Shown: positions 10,958 through 19,796 of the stretch, in pieces | Numbering within the stretch: the first letter of the stretch is position 1 | How the letters are laid out: the number at the start of each line of letters is the position of its first letter | IMG/VR virus record: IMGVR_UViG_3300017528_000567 | Coordinates: 186,001-250,000 of that record | Reading direction: 5' to 3' (one strand) | Length of the DNA stretch: 64,000 nt | Program-made: the position numbers and the translations under genes | Notes under the pieces: model-generated | The model's database searches: none | What the model saw: the letters and a program-made list of their open reading frames with translations, nothing else | What the model was told of the DNA's origin: nothing

Positions 10958-13327
10958 TTAGATCCGGCACTCAATCTCGCGCATCTCAACCTTGCCATCA
11001 ATCTTGGTCCCAGGAACCGGCTCGAACGTGAGAGTTTGGTCATCCAAGGTAGCGAACTCCTTGAACCAGATTTGACCTACGACCAAAACGAAGGTGGTCT
11101 GGGCAATCTTGAAGATCAAGTCACGGACCTTAGCCTTAGCGGCGTCCGCCTGAATGTCCAGCCACGCCCGAACGGTATTATTTCTGCCATTGGCCTTGAC
11201 GAGAAGCTCATCGACCTCCCTGATAGTTGGCTCCATCAAAGCCGTCGGCCCGTTGATCTTGCCCTTCGCGATCGCCGCCTGTGCTTCCTTCAGGCTTGGT
11301 AGCTTAGAGTAGCCCTTGAGCGAGACCTTGAGCTCCTTACCCATATAGAAGTCAGTGCTCTCCGCCTGGACACTCTTCGGAGCAAACCCACCGTCGGTGA
11401 TGCCTTGCTCTTTGAGCCATTGCGCCGCTTCTTCACCGTACTGCTCCTTGATGCCCTCGGAGCGCTCCTTAGGGGCCAGTTCTTTGACGTACCCGTTGTA
11501 TACTTTCTGCTCTGCTTGCGCGGCGAGCAGCTGGTACTGGAGCCCGAAGAAGTCCTTCGCGCTCACGTCCCTGACCATCTTGCGATTGATTACCGGCAGC
11601 TCGCGCAGATTCAGAGTGCCAACCGCCCCGCCCTCATACTCCCAGTTGTCAGACTCGAAAACCTGATCGAGCTTAGCCCCGAGCTTCTCGCGCAAAGCCG
11701 CATAGCTCTCCTCGGTCAGCTTGACCGTCAACCGGTCGATATTGATTAGCCCATCCTTGATCACCGTGTAGTTGCGAAAGACCTGCGTCTTAAACTCAGC
11801 GGGCACCGCGGTGGGCGTCGATGACAGGCTCGCCGGCAACCGATCACTCAAATTGACCGTTCCGGGCTTGCGAATGAGAAACGAAACGTTCGGGCGATCT
11901 TCATTGAAGGTCAATGATGACACCGGATAGCCCGTGGGCGCGGCGTCCTCCTTGAACTTCAAGGCAACCGGCTTGCTCGACGTGATCTCGGTGATGCGAG
12001 CGGTGATTGCAGCAATGCGCGAAGCCTTCTTGGTCAGGCCCATCTCCTCGGTGAGCGTGCGAATCTCTTCCTGCTCCGCGTCAGTGAGCTGGTCACTACT
12101 GTCGACGCGACCGCGGCCAATGCGGCTGTACCGGAAGCGATTGTCGTTAAGCAGTACACGATTGCCGTCATCATTGGAGAGGAGCTGCAGCAGATCCAAA
12201 ACAGTGAAGGCATCATCCGCGGGCACCCGATTGGGGTCATACCCCTTGCTGAACGCCCCCTCACCGAACGCCGCTTTCTTGGCGTGTTCCTGGAACTCCG
12301 AGTACCGCTGCTTGCCGAAGCAATTCGCAAACTCCTCAACGAGCGAGACATCACCGAGCACCTTGAGCAGCGGGTACACGATGTTGGGCTTCATCCTCAC
12401 GGCGTAGAGCGAGACGGCGGCAAAGGCTGCGCAGATGTTGTCTGCGAGCTGCGGCGTCGGCTGCGCGGCTTCATAGGCAACGCTGTCAGCAAACGCCATC
12501 GAGCTCGGGACGCCGACCTGTGCCGGGGAGACGAACCAGAAGCCCGAGAGGTTCTCGGGCACTCGAACCTTGCCGCCCTCGACCGAGTAGGTGACCAAGT
12601 CGCCGTCCTGCAGAGCAAACACAAAGCCCTGGATCGGATCGCCGTCAATCGCCACCTCGACCCGGGGCGCGCCCACCGGCCGCTTCTGCATCGTCGCCTC
12701 GAAGGTCGGCTCGTAACGATTGAAGTCCTCTGCAAAGATATGAGATCCGCCCGCCTTCTCAGCCATAGCGGCCAAGAGATTGCGGTCCGCGTAGTAACCG
12801 TACTCCACAACCGTGGTGCACTGGAAACCGTTGGCGGCTTCTTCCATCGCCTTGAGAATGCTGGCCCGGGTGCCCTGGTTGTCACAGCCATCAGATAGGA
12901 AAAGAAGGCTACTGACACTACCTGGGCGAGCCTTCGCGACGCGCTCCACAACCCTACCCGCTTCTTGAATCGGCTCCGTGAATCCCGTCAGACCGCATGG
13001 CTTGAGCCAGCGATCGATCGCGTGCTCCACGGCCTTGAGGTCCGTGAGCGTTGCTACCGGCTCCGCCTCCAAGAGGGTCCCGAATTCACCCCGACCGCTG
13101 AACCAGATCAGCGAAATCGTGTCCTGCTCCTTCAGCAGCTTGGGAAGCTTTCGCTTCAGCTGCTCGCGGATGCGCGGAAGGTCCCAGTACATCGAGCCCG
13201 AGCAATCGATGACCGCAAAGTGGTTTGTCGGGAGCTCGACTGCGACTACCGGTGCTTGGTCAGCTGCGTGCCTCTGATGAACTAAAAATAGGTCCTTGGA
13301 TATTTGGTACGAAACGGTGTTCGGCAT
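10958..13327 (-). CDS. Large vWA-domain protein (phage type)
   Basis: DCSGSM MIDAS and FLSDG in the N-terminal third; GGTGTA-N9-ATG. Confidence 0.85.
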   Translation of the reverse strand: MPNTVSYQISKDLFLVHQRHAADQAPVVAVELPTNHFAVIDCSGSMYWDLPRIREQLKRKLPKLLKEQDTISLIWFSGRGEFGTLLEAEPVATLTDLKAVEHAIDRWLKPCGLTGFTEPIQEAGRVVERVAKARPGSVSSLLFLSDGCDNQGTRASILKAMEEAANGFQCTTVVEYGYYADRNLLAAMAEKAGGSHIFAEDFNRYEPTFEATMQKRPVGAPRVEVAIDGDPIQGFVFALQDGDLVTYSVEGGKVRVPENLSGFWFVSPAQVGVPSSMAFADSVAYEAAQPTPQLADNICAAFAAVSLYAVRMKPNIVYPLLKVLGDVSLVEEFANCFGKQRYSEFQEHAKKAAFGEGAFSKGYDPNRVPADDAFTVLDLLQLLSNDDGNRVLLNDNRFRYSRIGRGRVDSSDQLTDAEQEEIRTLTEEMGLTKKASRIAAITARITEITSSKPVALKFKEDAAPTGYPVSSLTFNEDRPNVSFLIRKPGTVNLSDRLPASLSSTPTAVPAEFKTQVFRNYTVIKDGLINIDRLTVKLTEESYAALREKLGAKLDQVFESDNWEYEGGAVGTLNLRELPVINRKMVRDVSAKDFFGLQYQLLAAQAEQKVYNGYVKELAPKERSEGIKEQYGEEAAQWLKEQGITDGGFAPKSVQAESTDFYMGKELKVSLKGYSKLPSLKEAQAAIAKGKINGPTALMEPTIREVDELLVKANGRNNTVRAWLDIQADAAKAKVRDLIFKIAQTTFVLVVGQIWFKEFATLDDQTLTFEPVPGTKIDGKVEMREIECRI

Positions 13328-13355
13328 CTCCGGCCCTACACCGAGACGCCAAAAC

Positions 13356-13601
13356 TCAACTCCTGGAGCGCGCCACTCCCTGCAGCACTTTCGATGCCTG
13401 CAAAATGGACTGCCGCTCAGACGCGCTCAGGTCTTCGGAGAAAGCCTTCACGAGGGCATGCGCCAAATCCCCGGCCCGGTGCAGAGAGTCGACCAGATAA
13501 GTCTGGCGCTCCTCAGCGTCCATCCTGGCCCACTCATCCGGAGTAATCCCTAAGACCGACGGATCCCAATACGCCGTCCGGTGATCATACGCGTGTGGCA
13601 T
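13356..13601 (-). CDS. Hypothetical protein (MPHAYDHRTA N-terminus)
   Basis: ORF with the shared YDxR motif. Confidence 0.55.
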   Translation of the reverse strand: MPHAYDHRTAYWDPSVLGITPDEWARMDAEERQTYLVDSLHRAGDLAHALVKAFSEDLSASERQSILQASKVLQGVARSRS

Positions 13602-13663
13602 CGATACAGCTGCTCCGATAAGATGAAATGCCACCTGTTGAGGCCGGTGGCCCGCCGAGTCTA

Positions 13664-14200
13664 TCAGCCGGATGCGAACTCAAGGTGCGGAATCCCCTGG
13701 AGATAGAACACCCAAGCCTCCGGGACCTTCGCGAGCGGGACCGCCGGCATCTTCAGCGGCAGCCACTTCGGCCGCTCCGGGACCTTGAGTAACTGCATCC
13801 CGGCCTGCTTTGGCGTGCGACCACCCTTCCAAGAGTTGCACGGAATACAGCTGGAAACCACATTGGTCCAGACGGTCTTGCCGCCCTGCGCTCTCGGGAT
13901 CACATGGTCGTAGTTCAGCTGACGGCGCGGAAAGCGGTGCCCGCAGTACTGGCACTGATAGTTGTCACGTGACAGCACGTTCTCGCGCGAGAACTTCACA
14001 CCCTTCTTGTTGTGCGGGACCTCTGTCTTGATTCGCGCCACAGACGGGATGTAGAAGGTAACACTCGGAGACGACACGGTTGCGTCGTGATTCACGAGCA
14101 CCTCGATCTCACCCTCGACTAGCTTGCAGATAGCCGTCCGCCAATCGACGATTCTGTGAGGTTGCATCCAAGACGTTAGTAGAAGTGTGTGATGTTCCAT
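13664..14200 (-). CDS. HNH endonuclease (McrA-like)
   Basis: RDNYQCQYCG, DHVIPRAQGG, CIPCNSWKG. Confidence 0.92.
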   Translation of the reverse strand: MEHHTLLLTSWMQPHRIVDWRTAICKLVEGEIEVLVNHDATVSSPSVTFYIPSVARIKTEVPHNKKGVKFSRENVLSRDNYQCQYCGHRFPRRQLNYDHVIPRAQGGKTVWTNVVSSCIPCNSWKGGRTPKQAGMQLLKVPERPKWLPLKMPAVPLAKVPEAWVFYLQGIPHLEFASG

Positions 14201-14204
14201 GCAA

Positions 14205-14231
14205 TTACCGCCTGCGTCTTAACCGCTTCAT
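14205..14231 (-). CDS. Arg-rich micro-ORF MKRLRRRR
   Basis: GAGAGG RBS, ATG AAG CGG TTA AGA CGC AGG CGG TAA, ending 4 nt before the HNH start. Confidence 0.45.
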   Translation of the reverse strand: MKRLRRRR

Positions 14232-14263
14232 CTGGCGCCTCTCTGTTGTGTCAATGAACGTGT

Positions 14264-14354
14264 CGGTACTCGGGGCAGGAGTTCGAACCTGCATGCGTTT
14301 CCGCAGCCGGGCCAACTAGACCCTGCCGTGTCTACCAAATTCCACCACCCGAGC
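14264..14354 (-). tRNA. Atypical tRNA-Leu-like gene (irregular anticodon arm, 8-nt T loop)
   Basis: GCTCGGG/CCCGAGT acceptor, Leu-type D arm GTGGAATTTGGTAGACAC, GCAGG-TTCGAACT-CCTGC. Confidence 0.6.
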
Positions 14355-14381
14355 GTAGTTTGCCTAACATAAGATGCCAGG

Positions 14382-14597
14382 CTAATTCAGACGTGAAAGT
14401 TTGAGCTTCAAGATTGCCTGGCGGCTGATCGCGACTACCCGTCCAGCAGCGCCAACCTCGAGGGCGCTCAACGGGAGCTGCACGGCGCCGTGAGCGCACC
14501 AACCAAGCCCGGCCTTCTCGACCGCGAGCCTGCCGCAGCTCAGGCAAACATATGCCAGCGCGGAAGGAATAGCTGTTGCGGTGAGGTCTTTACCCAC
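14382..14597 (-). CDS. Small Cys-containing hypothetical protein
   Basis: CLSC...WCAH. Confidence 0.45.
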   Translation of the reverse strand: MGKDLTATAIPSALAYVCLSCGRLAVEKAGLGWCAHGAVQLPLSALEVGAAGRVVAISRQAILKLKLSRLN

Positions 14598-14623
14598 ACC
14601 CTAGCCGTGACACCAGAACAATC

Positions 14624-15115
14624 TCACGCCCCAGGATCGGGACTTTCTTGATGGTCCATTTTGACCCCCTCCAAGAACTTCGCGAGCACCTGGGCAAAGA
14701 AATCTCGATTCATGCTCTCATTGTCGCAATGAATGAGCCCATCCTTGCCCATGTAGAAGCTGGTCTCCCCGTCCCCGACGCCGATCGCCGTCCACGAAAG
14801 CGTGAAGCCCATCTCGCCCTCGCCTGGCCTCCGCTCCTGCCCCTCCGCGCCGTTCCAAGCATCGATGAGCTTGGATTCCGTCACGACCCACTTCCCACCA
14901 AGCATCGCCTCTAGATCAGCGATCGTCTGGTGCATAGAGCTCACGTGGCCCTTATGGTAATCAGTGAGGCCGAGCATCGCCTCGACCCCCAACATGAACT
15001 CGATGATTGCGCGCTTGTTCTCCAGCATCACCCGGATCTTACTGATCAAGTCCAAGGCAGCTTCCTTGAGACGCGGGTGCGGAGTGCGCTCTGGGTCATT
15101 CCAGGTCCACGCCAT
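14624..15115 (-). CDS. Hypothetical protein
   Basis: 163 aa with AGGAGA RBS. Confidence 0.65.
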   Translation of the reverse strand: MAWTWNDPERTPHPRLKEAALDLISKIRVMLENKRAIIEFMLGVEAMLGLTDYHKGHVSSMHQTIADLEAMLGGKWVVTESKLIDAWNGAEGQERRPGEGEMGFTLSWTAIGVGDGETSFYMGKDGLIHCDNESMNRDFFAQVLAKFLEGVKMDHQESPDPGA

Positions 15116-15126
15116 GTCAATCTCTC

Positions 15127-15696
15127 CTAGGTCCTGGTTACACCAGTAGGATGGACCTCGAAGCCAATCTTACGGCCGTCCCTCAAAAACTCTTGAGCAG
15201 CGCGAGACAAGAGGGATGACACTAGAGAGATGAAAGGCAGGTGCTCCCCATCCTCGCAGGTGGCCGCCCCCGGAGCCGCGGCATCGATCACGAAGTACTC
15301 ATCCCAGACGACGCGTCCATATTGCCCATTCGCTGCCAACGCACCATGCAGACACGGGGTGCCCCTAGAGCGAGCAAAGGACTGAACGAGCTCACGTGAA
15401 GGCGCGTTGTCCAAGCAATCGACCAAGAGGTCCGCATCACCAAGCAGCTTCTGCTGATTGTACAGGGTGAGCCGGTGCGGCACTGCTACGAGCTTAACCC
15501 CAAACAAGAACTGCATGGTCTGCTGGAGAGCCGGCGCCTTGCTGCGGTCAACCTGCGTCTTGCTATGGAACTGTGACAGAGGGCTCTTCGACTTCACACG
15601 ACCATCATCGATGACTGTCAGCTCTGCGAAGTTCCGTGCGCACAAAATGAAATGGGAGCCAAGGGCTCCCACTCCGATGACCGTGACCTTTCTCAT
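15127..15696 (-). CDS. ThiF/E1-like ubiquitin-activating adenylyltransferase
   Basis: MRKVTVIGVGALG nucleotide-binding loop, DDGRV, DCLDN, candidate catalytic Cys in ATCE. Confidence 0.88.
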   Translation of the reverse strand: MRKVTVIGVGALGSHFILCARNFAELTVIDDGRVKSKSPLSQFHSKTQVDRSKAPALQQTMQFLFGVKLVAVPHRLTLYNQQKLLGDADLLVDCLDNAPSRELVQSFARSRGTPCLHGALAANGQYGRVVWDEYFVIDAAAPGAATCEDGEHLPFISLVSSLLSRAAQEFLRDGRKIGFEVHPTGVTRT

Positions 15697-15866
15697 TCTG
15701 TCTTTCGCCTTGTCCATGTCCCAGTCTCCGGATCAAGCACGCAACCCCCAGGGCATTTAGGCGGTGGACCACCGCCCCACCCGTGCTGACTCTCTACTAT
15801 GGCGCCACACGCTAGACAGCTATATCTGTGCACCCTCTGCCAGCCTTCCCAACCTAGGAAATACAT
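15693..15866 (-). CDS. 57-aa zinc-ribbon protein (missed by ORF track)
   Basis: MYFLGWEGWQRVHRYSCLACGAIVESQHGWGGGPPPKCPGGCVLDPETGTWTRRKTE; TGATG overlap with Ubl stop, ATGA overlap with E1 start. Confidence 0.7.
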   Translation of the reverse strand: MYFLGWEGWQRVHRYSCLACGAIVESQHGWGGGPPPKCPGGCVLDPETGTWTRRKTE

Positions 15867-16144
15867 CAGGCCCCGGCACCAAAAGGCGTCTTGGGTCTCA
15901 AAAACATGACGTGATGCCCTCGCTCAGCAGAAGCGCTGAACCGATCCACCATGTAATCGCTGAGCTCGACATCCTTATCCAGAGGGATGCCAGGAAGGCT
16001 GCCCGTCCGGATCGCCTCCTCAACAAGCCCTTTGACTACAGAATCCGTCGTGTCGAAAGGCACAGGATCCGGGAGGTCCGCGTTGACCCCAGCATAGGTA
16101 ACGTTGACGCGAGCTTCAAAGTCTTCCATCGATCCTCCAATCAA
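15866..16144 (-). CDS. Ubiquitin-like (beta-grasp) small protein
   Basis: 92 aa between JAB and E1; C-terminus LRPKTPFG-AGA; fold inferred from size and context. Confidence 0.7.
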   Translation of the reverse strand: MIGGSMEDFEARVNVTYAGVNADLPDPVPFDTTDSVVKGLVEEAIRTGSLPGIPLDKDVELSDYMVDRFSASAERGHHVMFLRPKTPFGAGA

Positions 16145-16515
16145 AATCTAGAGAGCGTGCGCAGCTCCGACATCCATTCGGGCTCGTACATCACTGGCAC
16201 CGTGCCGTACGAAAGCTTGCCAGGCCCCGACCAAAACAACTCCACAGACTCGTCTCGGCTGGTGACCCACCACACGAGCCGCTTACCAAGAGCCGACTCA
16301 ACCGCCGCAAATGTCGTCAAATCCTCATCTGACGGTACAGGCACACCCGAACCTGGGTGACTATGCGCGAAGCCCAGCACCTCGTCTCTGTGATCCCAGA
16401 TGATGGTCCACAGGTCCCGACTATCCGGCAGCGATCCGACTGCGCGGCCCTCGGGGAGATGCCAAAAAAGGGGCTCGCTATCGAGATTGACTAGTACGCC
16501 GGCTTCGAGGCTCAT
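16141..16515 (-). CDS. JAB/MPN metallo-isopeptidase
   Basis: N-terminal EAG and HSHPGSGVPVPSDED JAMM motif. Confidence 0.88.
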   Translation of the reverse strand: MSLEAGVLVNLDSEPLFWHLPEGRAVGSLPDSRDLWTIIWDHRDEVLGFAHSHPGSGVPVPSDEDLTTFAAVESALGKRLVWWVTSRDESVELFWSGPGKLSYGTVPVMYEPEWMSELRTLSRF

Positions 16516-16538
16516 CTTCACCTATTACACCGAAATCG

Positions 16539-17498
16539 TTAATCGACGTGGCGGAACACAACGAGCTTCCCCTCCCGGTCCGCTTGCCTAATGACTGCCG
16601 GCAAACTCTCGAGAGTGAAGAACGAATCACCTTTGGTACCACGCTCAAAATCATCGTCGTCCCCGTGAGCTGTCAGACAGATACCAGCATCGAGAATCCG
16701 CAGACTGCGGCGATCGCAGGTGCATTCAAAGCGACGACCGTCGAGCCGAAACCGCACCACCATCTCTTCCGGACGATGCGACCTCCGGTACTCCAGATAC
16801 GTCACGCCGCCAACCGTCAGTGCAGCTCGCGCCGCCGCCTCGAAATCGACACCAGCCATCTCCCGACGCGATGCACCATCACCCAGCCTCGAGAGAAGAT
16901 CCCGACGACGGGCCTCTTGATCTCTCGCTTCTTCCTCTCGACGGAGCTGGATCTCTACCTCCGCTCGCCTGCGGTCGGCCTCGATACGCTGCCAGCGCGC
17001 CATGCGAAAAGCGGCGTCCAACGCAGGCGTGACCCCAGGGACGTCATCGACGGTTGCCTTGCGATCATAATAGGCCGCTCGCACCTCCACATCCGGCCCA
17101 AGAGGCATCTCCTGTTGAATGAAGACCAGCGGCCCACCCTCCTGGGCGCGACCCGCTGAGATCCGAACAAACCGATCCAAGCCAGGGTCGATCAAATGCA
17201 CGCGCTCGGAATAAGCGGCGATGACTTTAGGATGAGGGTCCACCCGAACATCGGCGGCCATGATTCGGTCGCCCACCAAGTACCCGACGACCCGCTGAGA
17301 CAAGCTGTCCGGCTCCGGGTAACAGACCTCCATCACCCTCGCTTTACGGCCAGTCAACTGGAACTTGACCCAAGCGTGTTCCTTGGGAAGAACCCCCTCG
17401 ATAGACCAAACTCGAACGCCGGAACAGAGAGACCTACCACCAACCCAAGGCAGCACGATTGAGCTGCCCTCTGTCTCAAGCAAGTCTCTCCAGCCCAT
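16539..17498 (-). CDS. Unknown protein of the Ubl operon (charged helix, C-terminal Cys motifs)
   Basis: 319 aa; RRAEVEIQLRREEEARDQEARRR; FECTC...DAGICL. Confidence 0.75.
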   Translation of the reverse strand: MGWRDLLETEGSSIVLPWVGGRSLCSGVRVWSIEGVLPKEHAWVKFQLTGRKARVMEVCYPEPDSLSQRVVGYLVGDRIMAADVRVDPHPKVIAAYSERVHLIDPGLDRFVRISAGRAQEGGPLVFIQQEMPLGPDVEVRAAYYDRKATVDDVPGVTPALDAAFRMARWQRIEADRRRAEVEIQLRREEEARDQEARRRDLLSRLGDGASRREMAGVDFEAAARAALTVGGVTYLEYRRSHRPEEMVVRFRLDGRRFECTCDRRSLRILDAGICLTAHGDDDDFERGTKGDSFFTLESLPAVIRQADREGKLVVFRHVD

Positions 17499-17510
17499 GA
17501 TTGTCTCCGG

Positions 17511-19382
17511 TCATGCCGCCCACGTGGGCTTCACCAGCAGCTTAGTCTTCAAGATCGTGTCTACCAGGGACACCCGCGGAACAAAGACCGGGCCGCCGTG
17601 AGTCTTACCCACTGGAGTAGCTGAGATCAACGCACGCAGAACACGAGGGATAGCATAGACGTCGGAAAAGGTCTGCGGTTCGATCATGAAGCAGGGGATC
17701 CCCAGTCTTGCTGCAGTGTCGCGCACACTAGACGACACGCACTCACGCACCTTGAGTAGACCGAACGCAACCGGGTTGATACCAGACTCGCGCACGGCCA
17801 CTTCGAATGTTGAGTGCTCTTCTTCATCGCCGACGAAAATCATCAGCGCATCCTCATCTGCCGTTGGCTTGTACTTGCTAAGAACCCGCACGCCCTGGGA
17901 GTGCAATGTGCCGCCGCCCGCTGTAATGCCGCGGAACGCGTTCTCAACGCCAGCTGCTGATGCGTGAGTGATCTTGACCTCACGACCCGAGGTGCTGAAC
18001 ACCGAGACATGCAGCTGCTCCGGTGGGAACGCCTGCAAGAACTTTGCGATATACTGCTTGGCCTGAACGATCGCGTTGTTCATTGATCCCGAGATATCCA
18101 CGATCACATAGATGCGGAGACCCTTGACGACCTCAGCCACAGCTAGCTTGACCGCGTTATCCGCCGCTTCGTGTAGCTTCTCTTGAGTGGCCAAAGACTT
18201 GACGCGAGTCGCGATGTTCGCAGCACGCATATCCTCAGCAGCCTGGATCGCCCTCTCCCAACGCCCTCGAACCTCCTGGACCTCCAAGAGCCCGAGCTCC
18301 TCAAGCGTCGGAGTGGCGATGATCAAATCCTTGTCAGACATCGACCCAACCTCGATTGCCGCAGCGACGATCGCACGAGTGAGCCCCTGACCCTTCGGTA
18401 AAAGCCCGACCACGCGCTTGAAGCTTGGCCTGGTGCGAACAATCGCCTCACAAATCTGTTGCTCGGTGAAGCCTTCCCAAGATTCAGCCGCCTGCACCGC
18501 CTGGCCAATCGCAATCGAGCGACGGCCGTCCTGGGCCTGCACCTGCTTCCAGCGCAGAGCCTCAAAGAATCGAGGCGTCGCCGGCCGATAGTGAATGCGA
18601 CGCGCGAGCTCCATCACCGTACGACGGAAGCCAGCCTTCACCAGCCCGTCGAGCAGCTTTGGGTTTTCCTCACGGTAAAGCAACCACTTCTCTACAGCCT
18701 TAGTCCAACGACCCAAGAATGGATTGCGCGCCGAGCTCCCAAAGCCGAGCTCGCGGTTGATCTCCGCCACGCCTGGCAGCATCAACACGTCATGCACCCG
18801 GAGCAAGAGCTTCGGGTTGAACGTCTTTACATCCTTAAAGTCCTTGCCGCCCAAGAGCAACATCGCCTCGCCAACGTCGCGTAGATCGTCATCGAAGAAG
18901 GCGACTTTGCCAGCATCGATCACCGGGTCGCCCTTGCGAGACTGAACCAAGAGAAATGCCGCCATGATCACCTTGAGGTCACGGCGCTCCTGCAATAGCA
19001 AGAACTCGTGCGACGCCCAGCGAGCCGCAAACTCGTTGTCGAGTTTCCAGACCTCAGCAACCTGGCGATACAACCAAACCGCCACGTCTGCGAAGATCCC
19101 TGCCGGCTGGTAGCGGCCAACGACCCGATTCACATCCTTGATGCGACCGTCATCCTTGAGCTTGCCAAGCTTAACCTTGGCGGTCTTCTTCCCAACCTTG
19201 CGGAGCTCGTAGACGACCTTATCCCCGTCTTCAACGACGTGGGTGACCGGAAGCCACTTTACCCCGATCACAGAGCCGACGTCCGGGATCACAATACCAG
19301 CGCGATTGTGGACACAGTGATCCGAATACCCAATCACAGTCTCGAGAATGCGCTCTGCCGGGCCTAGGTTTTCGTTTGCCAT
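17511..19382 (-). CDS. Ro60/TROVE-like protein with C-terminal vWA domain
   Basis: vWA DISGSM, GGT, VGDEE; helical N-part DNEFAARWAS..RRDLKVIMAAFL and MELARRIHYRP reminiscent of TROVE motifs. Confidence 0.65.
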   Translation of the reverse strand: MANENLGPAERILETVIGYSDHCVHNRAGIVIPDVGSVIGVKWLPVTHVVEDGDKVVYELRKVGKKTAKVKLGKLKDDGRIKDVNRVVGRYQPAGIFADVAVWLYRQVAEVWKLDNEFAARWASHEFLLLQERRDLKVIMAAFLLVQSRKGDPVIDAGKVAFFDDDLRDVGEAMLLLGGKDFKDVKTFNPKLLLRVHDVLMLPGVAEINRELGFGSSARNPFLGRWTKAVEKWLLYREENPKLLDGLVKAGFRRTVMELARRIHYRPATPRFFEALRWKQVQAQDGRRSIAIGQAVQAAESWEGFTEQQICEAIVRTRPSFKRVVGLLPKGQGLTRAIVAAAIEVGSMSDKDLIIATPTLEELGLLEVQEVRGRWERAIQAAEDMRAANIATRVKSLATQEKLHEAADNAVKLAVAEVVKGLRIYVIVDISGSMNNAIVQAKQYIAKFLQAFPPEQLHVSVFSTSGREVKITHASAAGVENAFRGITAGGGTLHSQGVRVLSKYKPTADEDALMIFVGDEEEHSTFEVAVRESGINPVAFGLLKVRECVSSSVRDTAARLGIPCFMIEPQTFSDVYAIPRVLRALISATPVGKTHGGPVFVPRVSLVDTILKTKLLVKPTWAA

Positions 19383-19475
19383 ATTACCATCCGATCTGCG
19401 CGCCAAATAAGAGTGGGCCGACGCGTGCCCAAATAGACATCGAGCTGGCAACTGAATAGGAATTCGAGACCATCA

Positions 19476-19796
19476 CTACACCTCTTTGAGGTGCTGCCAG
19501 ATCGTCTTGCGTGGGCGCCCCACTGCGAACGCCTGCAAGAGCTGCTCACGACCTTCCCGAGTCCGGAACTGTTCAAAGAGAAGCTCTTCCCGGTGACAGC
19601 TAGGGCAAGCACTCTTCACCGAAACCAGGCTGATCCACCAGACGTTCTCAGAGCTTCGCATGCCAAGCATACGACTCACAGGATCGTTGCATGACACGAC
19701 GTGCTCGCCAGCCAGCACGTGCTTGCGAACATCCTCAAGCATCGAAAATAGATCCGTCCAGGTGGTTTCGACCATCAAGACCCCGGCCAACCACAA
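19476..19796 (-). CDS. Hypothetical protein
   Basis: 106 aa ORF between the SpoU and TROVE-like genes. Confidence 0.5.
   Translation of the reverse strand: MWLAGVLMVETTWTDLFSMLEDVRKHVLAGEHVVSCNDPVSRMLGMRSSENVWWISLVSVKSACPSCHREELLFEQFRTREGREQLLQAFAVGRPRKTIWQHLKEV

Noticed and set aside
15127-16515. Thiamine/molybdopterin sulfur-carrier pathway
   Set aside because: No thiG/moaE/cysteine synthase/rhodanese neighbours and the Ubl lacks a GG end; not fully excluded
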